Counted from the stretch's first letter, positions 29,621 to 39,806 are shown. The stretch is 64,000 bases of DNA from Minisyncoccota bacterium (GCA_020628915.1 JAHDEI010000002.1:7153-71152), one strand, 5' to 3'. The notes: generated by a model from the letters alone, not told the origin. Numbers and translations: made by a program.

Positions 29621-31417
29621 CTATTTTTCCTTCATCATCCCGAGGAACACATCTTGTGGAATATTTACCTTCCCCATTCCCTTCATCTTTTTCTTTCCTT
29701 TTTTTTGTTTTTCTAAAAGTTTTTTCTTACGTGTAACATCTCCACCATACAGCTTCGCGGTTACATCCTTCCGGTATGCCTTTACTGTTTTTGAAGAAAT
29801 AATTCTTCCCAAAGCCTTTCCTTGGATCTTCATAACAAAGTTTTGGCGTGGCATGATTGCATGCAGTCTCTCTACAGCCTTTTCAGCCTCTTCATCTACA
29901 CGTTTTTTAGAAACAACTCGTGCGAACGCGACAACTGGTTCGTCTGCCACCAAAATATCCAGTCTGGTTACATCTGCATCACGATACTCTAGAGGCTCGT
30001 ATGACAAAGAGGCATATCCAGAAGTGACCGATTTTAATTCATCAAAAAATCCTCTCATCAGCTCTCTCTGTGGCATCTCACCCGAGATTTCAATTCGACC
30101 ATCACCAAAAACTACATTGTTATTAACAAATCCTTCGTGGTGGAAAAACATTTGTGAAATATCCCCTGCGTATTCTGACGGTGAATAAATTTTTACATTG
30201 ACCCATGGTTCGGTGATTGATGCAATCTGTCCGTGATCTGGGAAAAATGATGGGTTGTAAATCATTTCCTCTTCTCCACTCTTTTTAACAATTTTGTAAA
30301 TAATAGTTGGATGTGTGATTACCAGATCCAAATCAAATTCACGGCGTAATCGTTCTGTCACAATCTCAAGGTGCAACATCCCTAGAAACCCACACCTAAA
30401 ACCACGCCCCAAAGAACCCGATGTCTCTTCTTCGTAAGACAGCGACGAGTCCGTTAATTTTAATTTTTGTAGTGCTGGCTTGAGTAGATCAAAATCATCC
30501 TGTGATTCCGGATAAATAGAAGCCCATACAACCGGCCTAGGATTCTCGTATCCACCAAATGCCTCTAGGGTACTCTTTTGGTTAACAATGGTATCTCCCA
30601 CGGATGCGACACCTGGTTTTTTAATCCCTGTCACAATGTAGCCAATCTCACCAGCCACTAACTTTTCTTTAGGAACTTCTTCTGGAGAAAACGTTCCAAC
30701 CTCAAGTCCATTAAACTTCTCTCCAACAGCCTTAAACAACAACGAGGTATTTTTAGTAATTTCTCCATCAAGCACACGTACAAAAACTACAATACCTTTA
30801 TTGGGATGATACTTAAAATCAAATACAAGCGCACGAAAATCTTTTACTCCTTCATAGGTCACCTTGGGTGCTGGGACTTGCTCAATAACTTTTTCTAATA
30901 GCTCTGGCACTCCCGCACCGGTCTTACCTGATGTTTCAATAATGTCATCGAGATCAACATCCAAAAGGATTGCAACCTCCTCTTTTATTTCGTCTACCCT
31001 CGCCAACGGTGAATCAACTTTTGATAATGCAGGGATAATATGTAATCCAGCGTCTTGTGCCATCCGCAATGTTGTCAAAGTTTGAGCCTGAATACCTTGT
31101 GTTGCATCCACCAGTAAGACTGCTCCTTCTACTGCTTTCATGGCACGAGATACTTCATACGCAAAATCGATGTGTCCGGGTGTATCGATCAGGTTAAGTG
31201 CGTATTGCGTCCCATCATGTTCGTAATCCATTCGAACAGGCTGCATCTTGATGGTAATCCCTCTCTCACGTTCAAGTTCCATGGTATCAAGTACCTGGTC
31301 TTGCATCTTGCGAGCCTCAACCGTTGCGGTTGCCTCAAGCATTCGATCAGAAAGAGTTGATTTCCCGTGATCAATGTGCGCAATGATAGAAAAGTTTCGG
31401 ATATGTTCCAAATTCAT
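29621..31417 (-). CDS. lepA: elongation factor 4
   Basis: IRNFSIIAHIDHGKSTL, GFRCGFLGMLH, RKDVTAKLYGGD. Confidence 0.98.
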   Translation of the reverse strand: MNLEHIRNFSIIAHIDHGKSTLSDRMLEATATVEARKMQDQVLDTMELERERGITIKMQPVRMDYEHDGTQYALNLIDTPGHIDFAYEVSRAMKAVEGAVLLVDATQGIQAQTLTTLRMAQDAGLHIIPALSKVDSPLARVDEIKEEVAILLDVDLDDIIETSGKTGAGVPELLEKVIEQVPAPKVTYEGVKDFRALVFDFKYHPNKGIVVFVRVLDGEITKNTSLLFKAVGEKFNGLEVGTFSPEEVPKEKLVAGEIGYIVTGIKKPGVASVGDTIVNQKSTLEAFGGYENPRPVVWASIYPESQDDFDLLKPALQKLKLTDSSLSYEEETSGSLGRGFRCGFLGMLHLEIVTERLRREFDLDLVITHPTIIYKIVKKSGEEEMIYNPSFFPDHGQIASITEPWVNVKIYSPSEYAGDISQMFFHHEGFVNNNVVFGDGRIEISGEMPQRELMRGFFDELKSVTSGYASLSYEPLEYRDADVTRLDILVADEPVVAFARVVSKKRVDEEAEKAVERLHAIMPRQNFVMKIQGKALGRIISSKTVKAYRKDVTAKLYGGDVTRKKKLLEKQKKGKKKMKGMGKVNIPQDVFLGMMKEK

Positions 31418-31454
31418 GGCAGTAGTATAGCAAATCATACAAATAAAAAAGCTC

Positions 31455-31802
31455 TCATGAAGAGAGCTTTTCAAATTCATCTCGCACCTTGTGACTCAAG
31501 CTGAAAGCTGTGATAAAACTGGCTGCCGACAAAAGCATCATGACCTGCGCACGACCTATATTGGGGCCGACCTCGTTTAGCCCAGAAAATGCATCGATAA
31601 ATGCAACACCCGCAATGCATATGAATATAGATATGAGATTTTTGTCTTCTGACGGACCTTCAATAAATCGAGTCGCAACAAACATTCCCAAGAGCATGAG
31701 CATGGTTAGTCCTGTGCTGAACGAGAACGGCATCATATAAACCACAATGGTCAATAATGCAAAATAGAAAAATCTATTTGAAATGAATAAACGCTGAGTC
31801 AA
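31455..31802 (-). CDS. membrane protein (orphan)
   Basis: AAGGAG RBS before TTG, hydrophobic. Confidence 0.6.
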   Translation of the reverse strand: MTQRLFISNRFFYFALLTIVVYMMPFSFSTGLTMLMLLGMFVATRFIEGPSEDKNLISIFICIAGVAFIDAFSGLNEVGPNIGRAQVMMLLSAASFITAFSLSHKVRDEFEKLSS

Positions 31803-31916
31803 CTGAATTCTCCTTTATATTTTCTCAAAACCTAACAAAGACTATACCTGATGTCATAAAATTTGCAAAAACTGTGTCAATTGACAAATATTTTAATTCG
31901 TCTAAAATGCTTGTTT

Positions 31917-32618
31917 ATGTTTGACAAAATAGTCAAAAATAATCATAGCAATAGATTTTGGGCACTTACCATGACCGGTGCACTTCTTTTTGCATATACT
32001 CCAACTGCTATTGCAGAACCCCTACCCGTTACTGACCTCCCAGCAGGTTTTGCCGCTCTTGAAGAACCCCTATCTGAAGAAGATGACGAAGCTCCCTCGA
32101 TCTACGAACCTGCATTTGTTCCAAACACCATAACTGAACGGATTATTCTTGAAATCTCAAAAGACTATGACGTTGACCCATTTCTACTTAAAGAACAACT
32201 TTATATTTTCTCAGACTTTGTAAAACACCTAGAGAGTGATAACAAAAAGTCTGCAACAAACCAATACTCGGGCGCAATGTCTTATTACCAATTTTTGCCT
32301 GATTCAGTCGTAACAGCAGTTAATCGACTGGAAATTATCATGAAGCGCAATGGTATGGGTAGAGTCCCTGCATGGGCATCACGTGTTCACAAACACCCTG
32401 AGGAAATTTACGCACTTTCAATGCCACAACAACGACTCCTGATGCTTGCAAACATCATGAATCAAAAAGGAGCAATGGATTTGTTCGTTCAGTTGGGGAC
32501 CGGTGACAACGAAGCAGCAATTACGCTTTATTACAAATACCACCACACCGCCCCAGACCGAGCTACAAAAAACAGAACAAACCAGCTTTTCCCAAAATAC
32601 TTTCCAAAAACATTCTAA
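31917..32618 (+). CDS. exported protein with lysozyme/lytic-transglycosylase-like motif
   Basis: Signal peptide; LES.N...A.N..SGAMSYYQF resembles SLT ES...GA.G..Q. Confidence 0.6.
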   Translation: MFDKIVKNNHSNRFWALTMTGALLFAYTPTAIAEPLPVTDLPAGFAALEEPLSEEDDEAPSIYEPAFVPNTITERIILEISKDYDVDPFLLKEQLYIFSDFVKHLESDNKKSATNQYSGAMSYYQFLPDSVVTAVNRLEIIMKRNGMGRVPAWASRVHKHPEEIYALSMPQQRLLMLANIMNQKGAMDLFVQLGTGDNEAAITLYYKYHHTAPDRATKNRTNQLFPKYFPKTF

Positions 32619-32700
32619 AACACCACTTATGTGGCTGTTTTTTTATTGACTTAAAAAAGTTTTATATTATAATTTAATTAGAAAATGAAAGGAACCAACT

Positions 32701-32868
32701 ATGGGTAAACCACCGGTCTTATTTAGCGAAAATAAAGACATGGAACCTCGAGTACGAAAACGTAGTCAACGCATCACACTACTTGTATTCCTGATCTTTT
32801 TTGGAGCAATGATTATTTGTCGTATCATGGGTGAATCTTTGATACAAAAAATTGTAACCATGCTCTAG
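32701..32868 (+). CDS. 55-aa single-TM micro-protein (MGKPPVLFSENK...)
   Basis: TTGACT-N16-TATAAT, AAAGGA RBS, terminator 32871-32891. Confidence 0.55.
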   Translation: MGKPPVLFSENKDMEPRVRKRSQRITLLVFLIFFGAMIICRIMGESLIQKIVTML

Positions 32869-32929
32869 ACAAAGCGGCGATGAGCCGCTTTTTTATTGAC
32901 AAAAGTTTTATTTTAAGTATAATACCATA

Positions 32930-33094
32930 TAGTCTATAGTCTCTCAGCTCCCCTCTTTCATAGAAAGGTTTACCGAAGGAATGCAGATTCCGGGGGAAGG
33001 TCTGAGTTAACGTATGTGAATTGCTGGTCGTTTTTACGTGGCTATCATATACGGACAATATTCTTAAAACAATATTGTCAAAGGAGACATAACA
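32930..33094 (+). promoter_or_regulatory. structured 5' leader downstream of TTGACA(32896)-N16-TATAAT(32918)
   Basis: Multiple complementary stems, see findings. Confidence 0.5.
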
Positions 33095-33412
33095 ATGGCT
33101 GACAAAGCTGAAACTCCCATTCGGGAGCTAAAAAGCAGCCATGACAAAGCGCATGCCCCTATGGGTAAAAGTTTTTTCATGGACTGCATCACTGGTGTAG
33201 TTTTTTCTTTAGGAATAATCTTCGCTGGTGGAATGATGTTCGTTAATTACTTAGATCGGACAAGTCATGTGACCTACACTGAGGCCGAATGGCTCGAGTG
33301 TGAGAATAAATTGCTAACAGGTGAACTGACTGGCACTTGTTTCTACGACGGCCCAGGCCACGTAGGACCAATTACTGCTCAGCACCAACTGATGGAGGCT
33401 CATCATGACTAA
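33095..33412 (+). CDS. single-TM protein with two periplasmic Cys
   Basis: AAGGAG RBS, TM helix. Confidence 0.65.
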   Translation: MADKAETPIRELKSSHDKAHAPMGKSFFMDCITGVVFSLGIIFAGGMMFVNYLDRTSHVTYTEAEWLECENKLLTGELTGTCFYDGPGHVGPITAQHQLMEAHHD

Positions 33413-33521
33413 TCAACCAATCAGGAACCGTATCGTCTTTGGCATAACCAAAGTTATGATCGGATTTACGTTGATATTTACCGTCTGGGCATTCATTGCC
33501 ACAGGAGGCCGTCATGTCTGA
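33405..33521 (+). CDS. 38-aa single-TM micro-protein (MTNQPIRNRIVFGITKVMIGFTLIFTVWAFIATGGRHV)
   Basis: GGAGG RBS, overlaps both neighbours by 8 nt. Confidence 0.55.
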   Translation: MTNQPIRNRIVFGITKVMIGFTLIFTVWAFIATGGRHV

Positions 33522-34512
33522 TCTCACATATGATGAAACTGATCCAGTGGTCCAGTGGCTAAACAGAAGATCCAAGCCAGTTGCTTTCGCAGCTGTGGGA
33601 GGTATCTATCTGCTGGACTTGATACATGCAATCTGGTGGCACAGCTGGAACATTATCCTAGGACGCACGTTCTTGGGTAAATGTTTACGGATCTTGATTA
33701 TCTCTTTTGTGATGTTGTCTCTTTATGGGACATACGAGCATCACAAAGAGAAACATCAGGATGCTCAATCTGTGATTACGCAACAGGCTTCGGATGTTGA
33801 ATACGCACAGCACGTGCGGAGTCGCATCGCCAATGGTGCTGTCATTACTGATGGCGCAGAACTTGCTCAAGTTACCGACGAGAACGGAGAAATCCTTCTT
33901 GATGCAAAACTAGCTGGTTACCACCAAGAGAATGCTGAGTTACTGTTTGCAGAGACCGTTGAAGGAATCCGTAAAAAGCTGAATGTTCCAATTGATAGCA
34001 AGACAGCGTACAAAAACGCATACCAGTTCTTTTGCTTTAAACAAGCGGCTGAATCTGGTAATTGCTATAAAGACGAGCGCGGCAACTGGCACGTAATCTC
34101 TGAGACTGGTGCCCACAGCACCATGCAGTGGATCGAATCCACCGCTGAAGAGGTTGTGGGCTTCCGTCTCGACGGATACATTGCCAAACTCAATCTGACT
34201 GCCGATATTTCTCAGCTCAAGCGAGTTGAAGAAAATGGAGCTGCCGTATATGGTCTTAATTATTACTACCAGTACAGCATGGCCCTCATGTATCTCTACT
34301 CATGGAGTGAGATCTATCCAAAAATGGGCCCGGGAAACATTCAGTCACGCAAGCGTGTTCAGGGATTAATCTACAACATCTTATCTGGCGATACTTCGTT
34401 GGATGTCTATGAAGCAGCGTATATGCAGCACTGTCGGTGTGAATACACAGCTGACGTTAAAGCAAACATACGTCGCGGATATAGATTAATTATTGGAGAT
34501 AAACAATCATGA
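33514..34512 (+). CDS. membrane-anchored protein with lytic-transglycosylase-like domain, paralog of 31917-32618
   Basis: AGGAGG RBS; TM region; AESGN...SETGAHSTMQW. Confidence 0.65.
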   Translation: MSDLTYDETDPVVQWLNRRSKPVAFAAVGGIYLLDLIHAIWWHSWNIILGRTFLGKCLRILIISFVMLSLYGTYEHHKEKHQDAQSVITQQASDVEYAQHVRSRIANGAVITDGAELAQVTDENGEILLDAKLAGYHQENAELLFAETVEGIRKKLNVPIDSKTAYKNAYQFFCFKQAAESGNCYKDERGNWHVISETGAHSTMQWIESTAEEVVGFRLDGYIAKLNLTADISQLKRVEENGAAVYGLNYYYQYSMALMYLYSWSEIYPKMGPGNIQSRKRVQGLIYNILSGDTSLDVYEAAYMQHCRCEYTADVKANIRRGYRLIIGDKQS

Positions 34513-34555
34513 AAAATTAAAGGCCAATCGTTTCACGATTGGCCTCTTTTTTTAT

Positions 34556-35011
34556 TTAACTTTTTAGTATTTGGAGCGCATCCAGTGCACGAACCCGAAC
34601 ATTTTCTAAAATATTTTCAGATGTCTCTAATTCTTCCTTAGACAACCAAACAAAATCTGTACTTTCTCCCTCCTCTGGGTTCAGTTCAGTGGTTAACGCA
34701 CGTGCATAGTACTCAAAAGACATGTGCTCATGAAATTCATTGATCCTATGCAAGTTACAATTAGAGCCCGTATTGATATCGCGTGATCCATCAGGGTAAA
34801 CCCTCTCTTCACCTTTTGGGTTGTACAACTCTACAGAAAGCCCTGTCTCTTCTGCGATCTCACGTAAGGCTGCTTCTGCTGGCGTTTCGTCCCTATCAAT
34901 GTGCCCACCAACAGCTAAGAGTATTTTAAGTTTTTTATGTGCATGCAATAAGATTCTATTTTCATGCACGATGTACACTGCGGTAGTAAAATGTCTTGTC
35001 ACCTCAGTCAT
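34556..35011 (-). CDS. NUDIX hydrolase
   Basis: GGHIDRDETPAEAALREIAEETGL Nudix box. Confidence 0.92.
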   Translation of the reverse strand: MTEVTRHFTTAVYIVHENRILLHAHKKLKILLAVGGHIDRDETPAEAALREIAEETGLSVELYNPKGEERVYPDGSRDINTGSNCNLHRINEFHEHMSFEYYARALTTELNPEEGESTDFVWLSKEELETSENILENVRVRALDALQILKS

Positions 35012-35020
35012 AAATAGTTA

Positions 35021-37486
35021 TTAGAAGCGAACAAACGATGCAACAGAATCTCCTTCTCTTAGTTTCATAATTCTCACCCCTTGAGTGTCTCGTCCTAGCG
35101 TCGAAATTTCGTCTAATGCGATTCGAATGACTTGAGAATTTTGCGACATCGCAATCAGCTCTGCATGGTCTACGGTCACAACACGCGCACCCACCACGTC
35201 TCCGGTCTTGTCAGAAACCTTTAATGTCTTGATTCCTGATCCACCACGACCCTGCACCTTATACTCTGAGAGTTTCGTCTTCTTTCCGTATCCATTTTCA
35301 GAAACGACCAATACTTCGTTTTCGTGCATTTCTGGAGTAATAATCGCCATAGATACCACATGATCTCCCTCTTTGCCAAGTTTCACTCCACGAACACCAG
35401 CAGCAGTCCGACCCATTTCTCGAATATCGTCTTCTTTGAATCTAATTGATTGCCCTTTTCTTGTGGTTAACATCACCTCATCTTTCTTGCAAACAAATCG
35501 AGCATCCATCAGTTCGTCATCTCCTTTTAGTTTAATTGCAATTAGTCCATTGGCCCTAATGCCCCCAAATGCAGCAGCTTCTGTTTTCTTGATAGTTCCG
35601 TCTCTTGTTACCATCATAAGTGAATCAACACACTCTTTTTTGTCTTTCGTGAGAGCAAGAACAGACGTAATACGCTCTTCTCCTTCTAGTGGCAAGAAAT
35701 TAGCAATAAATTTACCTTTTGTTGCGCGTCTTCCTTCTGGAATATCGTACATTTTCGTAACGTAAACTTTTCCTTTTGACGAGAAGAACAGCACATCTGC
35801 ATGTGTTGATGTGGTGATAAATTCAGAAACAACATCTTCGTCTTTAGTGTTCATGTCTACAACACCTACTCCACCACGTTTTTGCGCCTTGAACTCTTTT
35901 GGATTAGTTCGCTTGATGTATCCACCTGTTGTTAAGATCATTGTCGTGTCTTCTTCAGGAATAAGGTCTTCAACTGAAATTTCTCCCACCGCACCAGCAA
36001 CAACCTTGGTTCTTCGTTCATCTCCGTATTTCTCAGACACTTCTTGTAGCTGCTCTTTGATAATCGCAAGCACTTTTTTAGGATCAGCAAGAATTGCTTT
36101 GAGGTCTTTGATAAGTTTTTTAAGTTCTTTTAGTTCATCCTCAATTTTTTGTCGTTCAAGTGCCGCCAATTTTTGCAATCGCATTTGCAAAATTGCCTCT
36201 GCCTGAACTTCAGAGAATTTAAACTTTTTCATCAAATTAGTATGCGCATCGTTTCTATCTTTTGATTTCTTAATTAATGCAATAATCTCATCGATGTGAT
36301 CAAGTGCTTTTTTAAGCCCTTCTAAAATATGCGCTCTTGCTTCTGCTTTCTTGAGATCAAATTCTGTTGCTCGCGTTACAACCTCCTGCCTATGCTTAAT
36401 AAACTCCTGCAGGGTTGATTTAAGATTCATCAATTGAGGCACGCCATCAACAAGCATCACCATATTGAAATTAAAGTTATCTTCTAGCTGCGTATTTTTA
36501 TACAGTGTATTCAAGACCTTTTGTGCTTGCACTCCACGTTTTAGCTCGACAACAATTCGAATGTCGTCTGTTGATTCATCACGTAAATCTTTGAGTCCTA
36601 CGATTTTTTTATCACGCACCAGTGCCGCGATCTTTTCAACCAGATTTGACTTGTTAACTCGGAATGGAATAGAAGTAATCACAATCTGAGAAGAACCTTT
36701 TTCGCCTTCAACAATTTCTGTGTCTCCCCTAGCTACCACTCGACCACGGCCAGTTTCGTATGCCTCAAGGATATCTTTTTTATTAAAAATAGTTGCTCCC
36801 AATGGGAAATCAGGACCTTTTATGTGTTTCATCAAGTCTTTTGTAGAGAGATCTGGATTATCAACGAGATCAGCTGTAGCATCACATACCTCAGCAAGGT
36901 TATGGGGTGGAATATTTGTAGCCATCCCAACTGCGATCCCAAGACCACCATTTAACAGAACATTTGGTACGCGAGTTGGCAAAACTGTTGGTTCTTTTTT
37001 TGATCCGTCAAAGTTAGGAGCAAAATCTACAGTCTCTTTTCCAATATCAGCTAGCAATTCTGATGAAATTTTTTGCATCTTTGCTTCGGTATAACGATAT
37101 GCTGCAGCAGAGTCCCCATCAATAGAACCAAAGTTACCTTGCCCCCACACTAATGGATACCGTGTCGTAAAATCCTGCGCTAAACCAACCATCGAGTCAT
37201 ACACAGACGAGTCACCATGCGGGTGGTACTTACCTAGCACGTCTCCTACCACTGTTGCTGATTTTTTGAATTTTGCAGATGAGTTAAGTCCTGCCTCATG
37301 CATCGCGTAAATAATGCGTCTATGCACTGGCTTGAGACCATCTCGCACATCAGGCAGCGCTCTAGATGTGATAACAGACATCGCATAGTCAAGATACGAT
37401 TTCTTCATTTGTTGTGTGATATCTTCGGTAACAATTTGTTCCCCAACAATTACTTCATTATTTTTGTCTTCTTTCTTTTTTGCCAT
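35021..37486 (-). CDS. gyrA: DNA gyrase subunit A
   Basis: [33 protein letters not shown], GyrA box QKRGGVG. Confidence 0.98.
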   Translation of the reverse strand: MAKKKEDKNNEVIVGEQIVTEDITQQMKKSYLDYAMSVITSRALPDVRDGLKPVHRRIIYAMHEAGLNSSAKFKKSATVVGDVLGKYHPHGDSSVYDSMVGLAQDFTTRYPLVWGQGNFGSIDGDSAAAYRYTEAKMQKISSELLADIGKETVDFAPNFDGSKKEPTVLPTRVPNVLLNGGLGIAVGMATNIPPHNLAEVCDATADLVDNPDLSTKDLMKHIKGPDFPLGATIFNKKDILEAYETGRGRVVARGDTEIVEGEKGSSQIVITSIPFRVNKSNLVEKIAALVRDKKIVGLKDLRDESTDDIRIVVELKRGVQAQKVLNTLYKNTQLEDNFNFNMVMLVDGVPQLMNLKSTLQEFIKHRQEVVTRATEFDLKKAEARAHILEGLKKALDHIDEIIALIKKSKDRNDAHTNLMKKFKFSEVQAEAILQMRLQKLAALERQKIEDELKELKKLIKDLKAILADPKKVLAIIKEQLQEVSEKYGDERRTKVVAGAVGEISVEDLIPEEDTTMILTTGGYIKRTNPKEFKAQKRGGVGVVDMNTKDEDVVSEFITTSTHADVLFFSSKGKVYVTKMYDIPEGRRATKGKFIANFLPLEGEERITSVLALTKDKKECVDSLMMVTRDGTIKKTEAAAFGGIRANGLIAIKLKGDDELMDARFVCKKDEVMLTTRKGQSIRFKEDDIREMGRTAAGVRGVKLGKEGDHVVSMAIITPEMHENEVLVVSENGYGKKTKLSEYKVQGRGGSGIKTLKVSDKTGDVVGARVVTVDHAELIAMSQNSQVIRIALDEISTLGRDTQGVRIMKLREGDSVASFVRF

Positions 37487-37496
37487 ATTTACTTAC

Positions 37497-38117
37497 TTAC
37501 GCTTGCTTCAGTGCTACTACCTTGGTTGCTTCGGTCATGAAGTCTTTCTTCTTAAGAGTCAATTTGTCTTCATATGTTGGTTCTTGTCCAAATGATTTAA
37601 AAAACGCCTCTGCTGCCTTTTTCTCTCCGGTGAGGGGCACAATATATTGAGGTGAGAATTTTTTAACAAACGTCGCTGCCTCAACTGCCTCCATCACGTT
37701 GTCACCATTTACCGGAACAAAAATGATATTTGCTTGGTACAGCTCTTCCGAAGCCTCCTCAGAGACTTGCTTGTCAAAAATTGGCCCGCAGAATAACAGG
37801 TTTGCGTTTTCAAGAACAAGAGAATACATCGTTCCATGCGAAACTGATTTGTCATATTTCGTTGGTACCCGATACCCCTTAATAAAAACATCTCTAACCT
37901 CGTACTCACCCGGCCCTTTCGCAACCACAGTTTCTTTACCCTTTGATTTCATGAGTTCTTCGCCGTTAAAATCAGGGTGTCGCAACTGAATTAGTGCAAT
38001 ATCTGCACCAAATCTTGTCTCTTTTTTCTTTGATTGTTTTGAAATTGGGTTGATTCCAATTGTCAGATCACCCGAGCTTATCTTAAAAAAATAGTCGTCT
38101 AATTTCTGTATTACCAT
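37497..38117 (-). CDS. MBL-fold metallo-hydrolase-like protein (degenerate metal ligands)
   Basis: H.D, GPGEYEV..VFI.G, IFVPV, P..IVP pattern of the Lactamase_B_3-like family. Confidence 0.7.
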   Translation of the reverse strand: MVIQKLDDYFFKISSGDLTIGINPISKQSKKKETRFGADIALIQLRHPDFNGEELMKSKGKETVVAKGPGEYEVRDVFIKGYRVPTKYDKSVSHGTMYSLVLENANLLFCGPIFDKQVSEEASEELYQANIIFVPVNGDNVMEAVEAATFVKKFSPQYIVPLTGEKKAAEAFFKSFGQEPTYEDKLTLKKKDFMTEATKVVALKQA

Positions 38118-38158
38118 ATAGCCTCCATTATAGCATTTTCAAGCCTATTTTCAGCCTA

Positions 38159-38184
38159 TTTTTGGGGAAATAGGGCAATAAAAA
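38159..38184. repeat. 26-bp direct repeat copy 1 (copy 2 at 38723-38748)
   Basis: tttttggggaaatagggcaataaaaa identical at both sites. Confidence 0.85.
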
Positions 38185-38258
38185 CCACTGCTAACTAAAG
38201 ACCATTACTCCTCCTAAAACAAAGTACTGAATGCACCCCAACGCAAACAAAAAAGTTC

Positions 38259-38666
38259 CTAAAAATAAATTAATAATGAACGGTTTATCAATTTTTTTTT
38301 AAAAAACAAAACACCTACATAAACTAGATAGAACAAAAATAGTCCAACAATATACCAAATGTCATAAATCATGATCAGCGGGAAGCTCGCAACGAGAAAA
38401 GTTCCTACGATCAAGACCATGGTTGCAACCCTATACTTAATAAACGAAATGTTGCTTATTCTTATCATGATAAGTGCAAATATGTATATCAAAAATACAG
38501 AAAAAGACAGGAGAATTAGCAACGCCTTCAAAGTACCACCCCATGGCGACCAGTCCATATTTGGACCTTGAACGAAGATGGATGCTGGCTCAAGAAACGC
38601 AATCAAGAAAGGAAGGACGAAGGACACGATACCAATCCCGATAAAAATTAGTCTGAAATTATTCAT
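38259..38666 (-). CDS. four-TM membrane protein, AT-rich
   Basis: Hydrophobic ORF between the 26-bp repeats. Confidence 0.6.
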   Translation of the reverse strand: MNNFRLIFIGIGIVSFVLPFLIAFLEPASIFVQGPNMDWSPWGGTLKALLILLSFSVFLIYIFALIMIRISNISFIKYRVATMVLIVGTFLVASFPLIMIYDIWYIVGLFLFYLVYVGVLFFKKKLINRSLLIYF

Positions 38667-38722
38667 CCAAAAATTATATCACTTTCCAAATAATGACACG
38701 TTTATGTCAACGCATGGGTTAT

Positions 38723-38748
38723 TTTTTGGGGAAATAGGGCAATAAAAA
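38723..38748. repeat. 26-bp direct repeat copy 2
   Basis: Identical to 38159-38184. Confidence 0.85.
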
Positions 38749-38867
38749 AGCCGCACATTTGCGGCTTTAACGACCTAATATTCCTGCAATCCCAATTGCT
38801 GAAACTACAAGAAATAAATAAAGAACAATCTCTAATGTCGAACCCACGATATATCCCGCCTACTCAA

Positions 38868-39029
38868 TCACAATTGTGATAATGCTGGGATAATACCGAA
38901 ATGAACTGCCCATACAACAAAACTGACCGCGATGAAAGGCAAAATCTCGTGTGAGATATCGATGCACAACTGTTTCCAATCTCTACTTGTCATATCACGA
39001 ATCCTGTCTGGATAATCATAATCTGTCAT
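38868..39029 (-). CDS. 53-aa single-TM micro-protein (MTDYDYPDRIRD...)
   Basis: ATGA overlap with upstream ORF, GAGGG RBS. Confidence 0.45.
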   Translation of the reverse strand: MTDYDYPDRIRDMTSRDWKQLCIDISHEILPFIAVSFVVWAVHFGIIPALSQL

Positions 39030-39175
39030 TTATTACCCCTCACTATTGAACCCATTTTGTTCCAGGCCCACTTGACCAAAGGCAGTAAGATATCTATGAA
39101 GCAAAGGATGATCAATCCCAACACAACTATACATATTTCTCCGGCGAGCTTCCAGATCTTTTCTTTATTCATCAT
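39026..39175 (-). CDS. 49-aa single-TM micro-protein (MMNKEKIWK...)
   Basis: GAGG RBS, overlaps the stop of the upstream ORF. Confidence 0.5.
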   Translation of the reverse strand: MMNKEKIWKLAGEICIVVLGLIILCFIDILLPLVKWAWNKMGSIVRGNK

Positions 39176-39374
39176 GTACCTCCTTTCCTTTCTTGAGTCC
39201 TGTTTTTCTAAGAATTTTTTCTCTGTTAATCTGGCCACGCTTTTTAAGGCGCGCATCCATCATTTCTAGTTGTCTCAATTCTCGACGCCAACCCCGAAAG
39301 GTAAACAGCCAGAAAAATACAGAGAGTACAACGCGGGCGAATTCAATGAATAATACACCAAAAAATTTGTACAT
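39165..39374 (-). CDS. 69-aa membrane micro-protein
   Basis: AGGAGG RBS, TGTATAAT promoter. Confidence 0.55.
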   Translation of the reverse strand: MYKFFGVLFIEFARVVLSVFFWLFTFRGWRRELRQLEMMDARLKKRGQINREKILRKTGLKKGKEVHDE

Positions 39375-39464
39375 AAGACCTCCTAATTTTATTATACAAT
39401 CTTTTTTAGATAAGTAAAAAGCTGCACAACAATGGTTGTACAGCTTGGACTAATGGTCTTTTTA

Positions 39465-39806
39465 TTACAAATGAAACTGGAAGCGAACGATTCCAAGCTC
39501 CCTGTCTTCGACGATTCTCGTTTTCCCCACAAATTCTTTCTCCACTCGCCCCTTAGAATCACTTGCTCTTGGTCGTACTGCAGTCAATTGAATATTGGAT
39601 CTGAGATCAACACGAGCTGAGCGCATTGAGGGCAAGAAGCCGGCCGGAGCACGTGTCACTTTTACTTCAATACCTCGCTCTCTCCAATATTGCTCGATTT
39701 GATCACTGAGTCGTTTTGCTCCTAATGGAGTACAGTAGTCTGCTTTCGGATCCGGTTTTTCTTTTTGTGACTTACCTACTGTTAGGTTATTTGTGTTAAC
39801 GGGCAT
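39465..39806 (-). CDS. hypothetical protein resembling a small alphaproteobacterial family
   Basis: DYC...GAKRL...IEQYWRERG..V......GF...MRSAR.DLRS; AAAGGA RBS. Confidence 0.65.
   Translation of the reverse strand: MPVNTNNLTVGKSQKEKPDPKADYCTPLGAKRLSDQIEQYWRERGIEVKVTRAPAGFLPSMRSARVDLRSNIQLTAVRPRASDSKGRVEKEFVGKTRIVEDRELGIVRFQFHL

Noticed and set aside
31863-39806. Prophage
   Set aside because: No capsid, terminase, portal, tail or integrase genes; orphans are interleaved with gyrA and NUDIX.
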